In this document: one piece after another, positions 19,313-26,932 of the stretch
Layout: every line of letters begins with the position of its first letter
How positions within the stretch are numbered: the stretch's first letter is position 1
DNA from: Bdellovibrionales bacterium
Lineage (GTDB): Bacteria; Bdellovibrionota; Bdellovibrionia; Bdellovibrionales; JAGQZY01
Assembly (NCBI GenBank): GCA_964230645.1
Contig: CAXRHT010000003.1
Location: 320,001-384,000, forward strand
Length of the DNA: 64,000 bases
Reading direction: 5' to 3'
Notes under the pieces: generated by a model
Database searches by the model: none
Seen by the model: the letters and a program-made list of their open reading frames with translations, nothing else
What the model was told of the DNA's origin: nothing
Position numbers and translations under genes: made by a program

Positions 19313-20089
19313 ATGGAGACTCTGTCGTATCGAAACCATGAAATTGAGGTGAAAAGAAGGGCCAGGCAAAAGCGCTTGGGAATCACTGTTTATCCCAACG
19401 GAAAAATTAGGGTCTCGGCCAATAAAAGCCTCTCACAAAGAGAAATCCTCAAGTTTCTCTCGGCTCAACAGAAGTGGCTCGAAAAGTCTCTGGAAGGTGT
19501 GAGGAAAACTCAGGAGAAGTTTCCGGTAAAACATTTCCGCTCAGGAGAAACTTACACCTTTGTTGGAAAAGACTACGTCCTATCCATTGAGTCAGGAAAA
19601 AAACTAGGATTAACGTTTCGAGAGGATCAGATGGTGCTAAGCACTCCTAGAGACGAGGATGAGTGGTCCGAGGCTTTGAGGAAGCGCTATTTTGAATCCT
19701 TCAAAAAGTCATTTAAAGACGTCGCCAAGAATATTATGACCCAAAGAATAAAGCACTGGAGTGAGGAAATGGGGCTGAAACCCACCGGGCTTCAGTTCCG
19801 CGGGCAAAAAAGCATATGGGGGAGTTGCTCTCCCGAAAACAAAATAAGCCTTAATTTTAAGCTGATCGTAGCCCCCCTCGAGGTGATCGATTATGTGATC
19901 ATTCATGAGCTCGCCCATATCAAACATAAAGACCACTCCAAGAACTTTTGGAAATTAGTTGAAAACTACACAACTCATCGCCATTTCTCACGCCGGTGGT
20001 TAAGGGAAAATCACTACGCTTGTGATTTCCTCAACAAAACCTCAGAGTTGGCTCCGGCCGATGGGGGAGCCTTAGGGCAAAAGAACTAA
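19313..20089 (+). CDS. YgjP-like (DUF45/M48) metal-dependent hydrolase
   Basis: WGSCS, LNFKLI, IDYVIIHELAH, HSKNFW; start moved to ATG 19313. Confidence 0.88.
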   Translation: METLSYRNHEIEVKRRARQKRLGITVYPNGKIRVSANKSLSQREILKFLSAQQKWLEKSLEGVRKTQEKFPVKHFRSGETYTFVGKDYVLSIESGKKLGLTFREDQMVLSTPRDEDEWSEALRKRYFESFKKSFKDVAKNIMTQRIKHWSEEMGLKPTGLQFRGQKSIWGSCSPENKISLNFKLIVAPLEVIDYVIIHELAHIKHKDHSKNFWKLVENYTTHRHFSRRWLRENHYACDFLNKTSELAPADGGALGQKN

Positions 20090-20200
20090 GAGTTTTAAAT
20101 TTAGCCTGAAAGTTCAGCGGTTTACGCTCTGCCTTATGAAATGGAGGTTGATCTTTCACGGAGATTTTGGAAGCCTATTATTCCAGGACAGGGAGGGGCG

Positions 20201-21118
20201 ATGGAATTTCCCGAGCTTTCACAGTTTGTAGATTTTCGCGAATATTTAAAAGCGTTTTATGATTACCAAAAAGCAAAGACGAAAAGTCGTTTGCGTCCTT
20301 ATTCCTATTCGGATTTTTCTGCTGCCGCCGATATTAAGTCACCCAATTATTTGAAGCTCATTATCGAGGGGAAAAGGAATCTGTCCCAGGAAATGTGTAA
20401 GAAGTTTTCGCGAGCTCTGAAACACTCTAAGTCTCAAGAAAAAGAATTCCGACTTCTTGTCGAATACTGCCAGGAAAAAGATCCCCATCAACGCACACAG
20501 AATTTAAAAGAGCTCTCTGAGTTTCGTGCGAAAAAATCTCTCAAATCTGGCGAGATCGATCAGCAGACATGGGATCAGGTTTCTAACTGGTTAGTCTGGG
20601 TTCTCTACGCCATGGTTGATCAAAAGGGTGTTGAGTTTACGCCGGCAAGTCTCTTAAAACTTTTAAGAGGTCGGGTGAACGAGTCGCAAGTGCAAAGAGC
20701 CATGGACAAGTTGCTCAAGGCCCAGGACATTCAAGTGGATCCTGAGAACCATTTGGCTAAAAAAACGGGATCGGCTTTATCCGGCATTGATGATGTGCCC
20801 AAAGAGTTGGTTCGAAAAATTCAAAGCGAGCTGATTTATATAGGTCTTGAGTCTCTCCATAAGCACGGCCCTCATGAGAGAGAGATCAGCGGATTCACTT
20901 TAGCGATGACCGAAAAAGAATTCGAGTGGGTTCGGTTTGAGTTGCGTAAACTGAGAAAGCAAATCCAAAAAGAGATTTCAATGAAGCGCGAGCAAAGCCA
21001 GGGCGACCGCGTCTACCAAGTGAATATGCAGCTTTTCCCTCTAACGGACTCCGTCAAAAAAGAAGAACCGAAAACTCAAGAGCGCACGCCTGAGAGGCCC
21101 CCCTCTTTACAACTTTAA
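20201..21118 (+). CDS. TIGR02147/DUF4423 family protein
   Basis: DFREYLKAFY, YSYSDFS, SPNYLKLIIEGKRNLS, C-terminal VYQVNMQLFPLT; SD GGGAGG before ATG 20201. Confidence 0.85.
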   Translation: MEFPELSQFVDFREYLKAFYDYQKAKTKSRLRPYSYSDFSAAADIKSPNYLKLIIEGKRNLSQEMCKKFSRALKHSKSQEKEFRLLVEYCQEKDPHQRTQNLKELSEFRAKKSLKSGEIDQQTWDQVSNWLVWVLYAMVDQKGVEFTPASLLKLLRGRVNESQVQRAMDKLLKAQDIQVDPENHLAKKTGSALSGIDDVPKELVRKIQSELIYIGLESLHKHGPHEREISGFTLAMTEKEFEWVRFELRKLRKQIQKEISMKREQSQGDRVYQVNMQLFPLTDSVKKEEPKTQERTPERPPSLQL

Positions 21119-21120
21119 AT

Positions 21121-22044
21121 TTAAAAGACCCCGCGGCAAAAAAGTCCCTGGGTGTTGAGATTAAGTAACCGGTCCACGGAATCTTGTATCGGTTGCGTCC
21201 AACGCCAAGACGGGTAAGCCTGAAAAAATCCCGTACTCTCTAAAAGACTTTTCACCAACAGAGCTCTGGGATGGTTGGCGGCACGAGGAAAAAGACCTCT
21301 TTCCTTAGGCATAATGTATTGAACTCGGCTGACATATCGGCGCATTAGTTCAAGTTCTGTCGGTAAAAAGTTTGGGATACCGAGTTTGGCGTATATCATC
21401 GCCCCTCGAATGACCCAATCGATGGGATGAGATTTTGCTTTCGCCCAATTGACCGTTTTGGGGTTGTTGGTAAGAATACTCTCGAAACCATTGTGAGGAT
21501 CAGACATAAATTCCGGTCCCGGTGTTCGGCCTTCTCTTTTGAAGCTTTTCAGTTCACTAATCAAAGTTTCCAAAGGACGTCCCTTGAGAGGAAAAAGAAC
21601 CTTCTCCACATCAAAAAGTCCTCTAGTATGAGCGTCCTCATAGGATTTAAAAAACTTAAAGTCCACTTGCACACCTTCGTGCTCGATAATGACGACGAAT
21701 CCATAGTGGTAGGCAAAGACCCTACCGCTGGGAGTGAGCACCTCTTTAACCATATCTAAAGTTCTATCCACTCGCCCGTACTGTCCTAAAATTTCAATAG
21801 CTTGGTCTTTTTCCCAATTGGTTCCAATGACGGCAAAATCCAAATCTCTCGGAGCAAATTTTCGTCCAAAGTAAACGTGGGTAATCATGTCGCGAGCCAG
21901 GCCAAAACCAGCATTGAGCTGATCCCCGGGAAAGAGCTCTTGAAAAGGGGCAAGGTCAGGAAGCGCATACACGGTGGGCTCTTCTTGAGCGAGAGTAATA
22001 GAAGTAACGAACAGCAACAGGGAGGCGATTAAATTTTTAAGCAT
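21121..22044 (-). CDS. Signal-peptide-bearing CCA-adding/poly(A) polymerase-fold nucleotidyltransferase-like protein
   Basis: MLKNLIASLLLFVTSITLA signal; GFGLARD...RDLDFAV (motif A), DPHNG (motif C), WVIRG (motif D region), LLESTGFFQAYP (motif E). Confidence 0.6.
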   Translation of the reverse strand: MLKNLIASLLLFVTSITLAQEEPTVYALPDLAPFQELFPGDQLNAGFGLARDMITHVYFGRKFAPRDLDFAVIGTNWEKDQAIEILGQYGRVDRTLDMVKEVLTPSGRVFAYHYGFVVIIEHEGVQVDFKFFKSYEDAHTRGLFDVEKVLFPLKGRPLETLISELKSFKREGRTPGPEFMSDPHNGFESILTNNPKTVNWAKAKSHPIDWVIRGAMIYAKLGIPNFLPTELELMRRYVSRVQYIMPKERGLFPRAANHPRALLVKSLLESTGFFQAYPSWRWTQPIQDSVDRLLNLNTQGLFCRGVF

Positions 22045-22171
22045 GGCGGGACATTACTAGAGGAAATTTAAAAAATCATTCAGGCTGGAAAAAAATTTAT
22101 AAATGTCAGAAAAGTGAACAAAAGCGGAAAGGGGATGGTGGGGTAAAAAACAAAGTTCCCATGAAAAAGGC

Positions 22172-22296
22172 AAAAAAAAATCCGCTGAAGCCTAGTTCCT
22201 ATTGAAATTAAATTTTTGGGGGGGGAGATAAATTTAAATTTCGAAACTAAGACTTCAGGGATCAGCAAACGTACAACATCTATTAACGTACAACAC
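22172..22296 (-). ncRNA. Candidate sigma-54-dependent small RNA (~125 nt)
   Basis: Follows a -24/-12 promoter; two UGUUGUACGUU repeats; ~33-bp imperfect stem with AUCUCCCCCCCC loop; U9 tail; no credible ORF. Confidence 0.6.
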
Positions 22297-22307
22297 CCTC
22301 TATAGAA

Positions 22308-22322
22308 GCAATGGTTGTGCCA
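22308..22322 (-). promoter_or_regulatory. Sigma-54 promoter
   Basis: TGGCAC-aacca-TTGC, a near-perfect RpoN consensus. Confidence 0.75.
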
Positions 22323-22419
22323 AGTCTCAGATCGATATATTCGCTAAGAGAGAGTCCAAAATGTAAAAATGACAATTTACGGTGCCACCCTGAAACCGAT
22401 TGATCAGTCCAAAAGGTTT

Positions 22420-23124
22420 TTAAAGTCCAAGATCAGAAACTGACTGGCGAAGCCCGTTGATGTAACTAGTTGGTCCACCATCGCGAAGTCCTAAGTTTTC
22501 ACTTAAAGCAAAATGATTGCGGCTGGTAAAGAAGAGGTCGTCAAACTGACGGGGAGGATAGCCATTTTGAATTTGCAACCATTGCGAGACTGTAAGAGGG
22601 CGTTGAGCCAGGGCCGGATCAATCACCATCATTTGCACTCGATCTCCATAACGGACAAGTACGGTGGGGGCCACATGAAAAGCCCAAGTGTAATAGCCCG
22701 CTTGTCCATCGATATTATAGTTGATCCCGGAATTTCCTGTGGCATAAACTTTTCCACTCTCAATCCCCATGGTGGCCAAGCGGTGGTTTAAGATATGGGC
22801 TCTTTGCAAACAGCCGGTTTCAATTTCACTGTAATCAAGGCCACGTCCGACACCTGTGCCCGAGCGAGCTTGCTCAAAAATATCATCGAGTCTTTCTCTT
22901 GAAATAATCGTCATTTCAACACTTTGGCCATCTTGCATAACAAGGGACTGGGAACTCTCGGAGGCCTCTGTATTTTCAAAGCAGTAGTGACACTGCCACA
23001 ATCTTTCATCGGAATAGTTAAGGGGGCCATCGTGGTTTGCTAAGATGGCCTCACTAAAAGTGTTTTCACCTTGGGCGAAAAGAGGGAGAAAAATAAAAAA
23101 AATAAAAAAGGCTCTGTTTTGCAT
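22420..23124 (-). CDS. Secreted protein-glutaminase family protein
   Basis: Signal peptide; GCLQRAH, WAFHVAP, VIDP = Cys-His-Asp triad pattern of protein-glutamine glutaminase. Confidence 0.8.
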   Translation of the reverse strand: MQNRAFFIFFIFLPLFAQGENTFSEAILANHDGPLNYSDERLWQCHYCFENTEASESSQSLVMQDGQSVEMTIISRERLDDIFEQARSGTGVGRGLDYSEIETGCLQRAHILNHRLATMGIESGKVYATGNSGINYNIDGQAGYYTWAFHVAPTVLVRYGDRVQMMVIDPALAQRPLTVSQWLQIQNGYPPRQFDDLFFTSRNHFALSENLGLRDGGPTSYINGLRQSVSDLGL

Positions 23125-23163
23125 GTATTTTAAAGAATCCTTCCGTTCTTGGCTCTTTAAATT

Positions 23164-23178
23164 GCAATCTTCATGCCC
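23164..23178 (-). promoter_or_regulatory. Putative sigma-54 promoter
   Basis: GGGCAT-gaaga-TTGC, 40 nt upstream of ATG 23124. Confidence 0.6.
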
Positions 23179-23263
23179 TGTGAGCCCCTCTAAGAGTGGT
23201 ATTCAGGGCTTTTTAATGCAGAAAATCTTGCAAGGGGCTTTTTTTTGTCAGCTGGAGGTTGCT

Positions 23264-23644
23264 TTAGTTGTAGTTTGGTTGAAAAAACATTTCATTGGCT
23301 CTTCCGCGCTCGCCATTGACTTGAACCTCAAGACTATCCAAAGTTTTTCCGCGTTCTAGATTGCCCTTAACGCCCTCGATGAAGTTTCGACATCCAGGTC
23401 CCTCCGCACTGATTCGTTGGCCAAAGCTGCTAAAGACCATATTTTTATGAAACAAATAATTTTCACAGAGGAGAAAGAAATTGTTCCCTTGTTGGTCAGA
23501 AAAGCGAATAACACCATCTCTTCTAAGGTCAACGTCGACAGAGTTATGTTCAATCTCATCGATTAAAACATTGTAACCTGCGACACTTTGTAAACTTAGC
23601 AATAGTACTAAAACACCGAAAAAACTCTTCATCTTCTCCTCCAA
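23264..23644 (-). CDS. Hypothetical secreted protein
   Basis: MKSFFGVLVLLLSLQSVA signal peptide; GGAGGAG SD; the true start is probably the internal Met. Confidence 0.65.
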   Translation of the reverse strand: MEEKMKSFFGVLVLLLSLQSVAGYNVLIDEIEHNSVDVDLRRDGVIRFSDQQGNNFFLLCENYLFHKNMVFSSFGQRISAEGPGCRNFIEGVKGNLERGKTLDSLEVQVNGERGRANEMFFQPNYN

Positions 23645-23666
23645 GGAATGACTTCATATTCATAGA

Positions 23667-23681
23667 GCAATCCCAATGCCG
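23667..23681 (-). promoter_or_regulatory. Putative sigma-54 promoter
   Basis: CGGCAT-tggga-TTGC upstream of the 23264-23644 gene. Confidence 0.6.
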
Positions 23682-23802
23682 GCCTCTATTCTTCAGTAAT
23701 GCTTTTTAAGAATGGGGGCCTGTAATTCCTACAGAGGGAGGCTCAATTTTGGCTTACCTCTCATAAAAACGAGGGCTTGGAAAATTATTGTTTTAGACAA
23801 TG

Positions 23803-23825
23803 AAAAAAGGAGCCTTAGGCTCCTT
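23803..23825 (-). terminator. Rho-independent terminator
   Basis: Minus strand aaggagcc-taa-ggctcctttttt. Confidence 0.7.
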
Positions 23826-23863
23826 CAGAGATATGTAAAATGTTTTAGCTAAAAAAGCTTAAA

Positions 23864-24754
23864 TCAAAGGGCACTTCGGCCACCTCTTGAAGGGCGGCGA
23901 TTGTTAAAAGGCGAGGCCATTTGAAAGCTACGGCAGGGGCCATTGTTCATCGCAAGGCAAAGAACATCTTCTTGGACCAAGTTCTGACTCATAAGATGAT
24001 TGGTGCCTTGGCCCGCATGACTGCAAAAATTTCGAGTCACCTCTTGAATTTGTTCTCTATTGGACTGGTTATCGACACGCCCCCCTTGGCCATCTCCACC
24101 GGTTCCTTTACGCACTGGCTGCCAAAAACAACCTACCACACCAAATTGGCCCCTATTTCCGCCAGCGATTCGATTGAGGTGTCTTTGCTCTGCCATATTT
24201 CCGTGACGGTTGGGAAGACCTGAGGCGCAATTTACCATAATCTGAGCCACACAGCGGGCGTTGTTTTCGGGGTCTTGAAGTTGAGCGTTGGTGGTGATTC
24301 GAGTTCCATCGGTGGTGGTGCAACGATGATTTCTTGCATCTCCCACTCCCATTTGTCCAAAACCTACGGCTGTTCCGTTGGGTGCGTGTGGGTTCATGGC
24401 CTCTGGGCGACAGCCGCTTTCTTTAACAAAAAAAGCTTCCGCGAGTGCGAGTAAAAATAATTTGGCGCCCGCCGGAGTTTGAAGTGGAGGGGCGCAAAAA
24501 TCAGGTTCGTTTTGCATTCCCTGAAGCACACTATTCATGGCGACGCGGCCATGATGCTCTTCTTCACGTTCATTCAGGACATTCAAAAAATCGTCAGCCC
24601 ATTCGGTACTATTGCATCGACTTCCGGAAGTACCAGGCACATCAAGTTCTGGTTCATTGCCGAAAGTTGATCCCATGGGATTAATGTCAGAGCGCATGGC
24701 CATGGAAGGGAGAGCAAAAAGGGAGGCTAAAATCAGGATAAATAAGACTTTCAC
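23864..24754 (-). CDS. Secreted SLT/lysozyme-like lytic transglycosylase-like protein
   Basis: Signal peptide; KESGC (catalytic ES), AVGFGQM (GLMQ-like), LQDPENNARC; multiple Cys. Confidence 0.65.
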   Translation of the reverse strand: MKVLFILILASLFALPSMAMRSDINPMGSTFGNEPELDVPGTSGSRCNSTEWADDFLNVLNEREEEHHGRVAMNSVLQGMQNEPDFCAPPLQTPAGAKLFLLALAEAFFVKESGCRPEAMNPHAPNGTAVGFGQMGVGDARNHRCTTTDGTRITTNAQLQDPENNARCVAQIMVNCASGLPNRHGNMAEQRHLNRIAGGNRGQFGVVGCFWQPVRKGTGGDGQGGRVDNQSNREQIQEVTRNFCSHAGQGTNHLMSQNLVQEDVLCLAMNNGPCRSFQMASPFNNRRPSRGGRSAL

Positions 24755-24757
24755 TGT

Positions 24758-25594
24758 TTACCTCAATTTCTTGTCTAAGTAGGTTTTCATTTGAAGATTG
24801 GTTTGAGCGGTAAGCTTTTCATCGTACATAAAGGGTAGTTGATGCGCTTTACCAATTTGAGAAGCCTTGGGGTTGGTAAAAGAGTGGTAAGCATCTTTCA
24901 TAGTGACTACTTTTAAGTCCGCTTTGGCTTTGTTCATTTCGCTATGGAATTTTTCAACCATCTCTGAATCCACATAAGCATCGTGCTCTGCTCGAATCCA
25001 AAGAATGGGTGCTTTTACAAAGCCAGGCTTGGCTTTTCTTTTACTACCAACGGCACCGTGAATATTCACCACCGCTTTAAAATCAAAACCTCGCCGTGCC
25101 ATTTCTGTAGCTAAGCCTCCCCCATAAGAATAGCCAACTATGGCTATTTTTCCAGGAGCTGTTTTCTCGTAGTCTCTAAGAGTGATAAAAGAAGCCATAA
25201 AAGTTTTATAAACAATTTTCTGGTTTTCACTTTCAAAAGCGGTCAGCCATCTTTTGGCTTCGTCGGGACTTGTAGTGCTTCGCCCCTCACCATAAAGATC
25301 GGCTACCATGACCACGTAGCCCCAGCTTGCGAGTTTATCGGCTTTACTTTTCATATCACTGTTTAGCCCCCAGAACTCTGGCAGAAGTAAAACCCCTGGA
25401 GCCTGGCTACCAATCCCTTTTTTATAAACCAGATAACCTTTATGGGTGCCTTTACCCACTTTGTATTCTTTTGTGGTTTGGACGAGAGGAATTGTTTTTT
25501 TAGTTTCTTTTTTTGCGAGGCTAAAGTTCCAGCTGAGTATGCAAAAAAAGAAAATCACAAATGAAAGGACATTGAAATCTTTTGAGTTTTTCAT
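24758..25594 (-). CDS. Dienelactone hydrolase family protein (exported)
   Basis: PEFWGLN, GYSYGG nucleophile elbow, HSFTNP. Confidence 0.88.
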   Translation of the reverse strand: MKNSKDFNVLSFVIFFFCILSWNFSLAKKETKKTIPLVQTTKEYKVGKGTHKGYLVYKKGIGSQAPGVLLLPEFWGLNSDMKSKADKLASWGYVVMVADLYGEGRSTTSPDEAKRWLTAFESENQKIVYKTFMASFITLRDYEKTAPGKIAIVGYSYGGGLATEMARRGFDFKAVVNIHGAVGSKRKAKPGFVKAPILWIRAEHDAYVDSEMVEKFHSEMNKAKADLKVVTMKDAYHSFTNPKASQIGKAHQLPFMYDEKLTAQTNLQMKTYLDKKLR

Positions 25595-25718
25595 AACTCA
25601 ATTTTAGCGGGAATAGACCTTGAGGTAGAGTCTGGTTGCCTGAATAAAGTCTATTAGGCCAGTCTAGGAAACCGATGTTTCAGGCTTAAGTCTGTGCTTT
25701 TTTCCTTTGAACGATACT

Positions 25719-26201
25719 TTAAAGAGTGGGTTCTTTTTTCTTACGCCGTTTTTTAAAAAAATCTTGCAGAAGTTGGCGGTTGTCCGCTTCAAACGCACCC
25801 TTGGACCAACGCACTTTATGATTGAGATTTTGGTTGTCAAAAATTTGAAAAAGGCTTTGGCCGCCACCCTTGGTGTCTGTGGCAGAGTAGACCACGCGAT
25901 CAAGGCGACTCTGGATGATCACTCCCGAGCACATAACGCAGGGCTCCAAACTTGTGTACAGCGTGTGGCCCGTCAGACGCCAGGTCCCTAATTTTTTGCA
26001 GGCTCGGTGAATGGCGATGGTTTCGGCATGGCCAATGGGGGTATTCAAGCTCTCACGCAAATTAAAGGACTTTGAGACCACCTCACCAGTGGAGTTATTC
26101 ACAATCATAGCTCCCACAGGAACCTCTTCTTGTTTTTGCGCTTTTTTGGCCAGGTCTAAACAAAGGGACAAGAAGGACTGATCTATTGTTTCCTGGTCCA
26201 T
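25719..26201 (-). CDS. tadA: tRNA adenosine(34) deaminase
   Basis: EVPVGA, HAE, LEPCVMC. Confidence 0.92.
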   Translation of the reverse strand: MDQETIDQSFLSLCLDLAKKAQKQEEVPVGAMIVNNSTGEVVSKSFNLRESLNTPIGHAETIAIHRACKKLGTWRLTGHTLYTSLEPCVMCSGVIIQSRLDRVVYSATDTKGGGQSLFQIFDNQNLNHKVRWSKGAFEADNRQLLQDFFKKRRKKKEPTL

Positions 26202-26274
26202 GCTTTCTCCTTATTGTTTTGCATGACAAATACTGTTATACCCACATCCTGACTAAGAAGGGAAGGTGATTCGT

Positions 26275-26472
26275 TTGGCATTCGTGAAAGTACGCGATTC
26301 AGAAGGGTTTGAGCAAGCATTCCGTAGATTTAAGAAATCTTGTGAAAAATCCGGTGTTTTGTCTGAAGTTAAAAAGAGAGAACACTATGAGAAGCCCAGT
26401 ATTCGACTAAAAAAGAAGTCGATTGCGGCTCGTAAGCGGCTAGTTAAAAAAGCCCGCAAAGGATATGATTGA
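26275..26472 (+). CDS. rpsU: 30S ribosomal protein S21
   Basis: [10 protein letters not shown]...REHYEKPS; probable TTG start. Confidence 0.95.
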   Translation: MAFVKVRDSEGFEQAFRRFKKSCEKSGVLSEVKKREHYEKPSIRLKKKSIAARKRLVKKARKGYD

Positions 26473-26474
26473 TC

Positions 26475-26921
26475 ATGTCTTTAAAAGAACAAATCGTTAC
26501 TGATATGAAAGAAGCGATGAAAGCCCGAGACACCGAAAGGGTCTCGGCGCTACGTATGGTCAACTCGGCTCTAAAAAATAAAGAGATCGATAAAAGACCC
26601 GAACCATTAACCGATGAAGACACCATCGGTGTCTTAAAGAAGTTATCCAAGCAACGCAAAGATTCCATCGAGCAGTACCAGAAAGCGGGTCGGGATGACC
26701 TAGTGGAACAGGAACAAAGGGAGTTGGCTGTGCTGGAGAAATACTTACCGGAACAAATGAGTGAAGCTAAAATCACGGAGATTGTGGAAGCCACAATCAG
26801 TGATCTCGGTGCCTCTTCCATGAAAGATATGGGAAAAGTGATGGGTGCTGTGACGGCCAAAACCCAAGGTTCTGCTGATAACAAACTTGTGAGTCAAATC
26901 GTCAAAAACAAACTTCAATAA
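26475..26921 (+). CDS. GatB/YqeY domain protein
   Basis: DMKEAMKARD, KQRKDSIEQY, YLPEQMSE, MGKVMG. Confidence 0.93.
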   Translation: MSLKEQIVTDMKEAMKARDTERVSALRMVNSALKNKEIDKRPEPLTDEDTIGVLKKLSKQRKDSIEQYQKAGRDDLVEQEQRELAVLEKYLPEQMSEAKITEIVEATISDLGASSMKDMGKVMGAVTAKTQGSADNKLVSQIVKNKLQ

Positions 26922-26932
26922 GGGGAACTCCA

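Noticed and set aside
22080..22268. 62-aa minus-strand ORF across the candidate sRNA
   Set aside because: Non-ATG start, no SD, low-complexity Phe-rich product, and it runs through the terminator.
22268..22295. Mini-CRISPR from the AACGTACAACA repeats
   Set aside because: Only two 11-bp copies 6 bp apart; no cas genes in the window.
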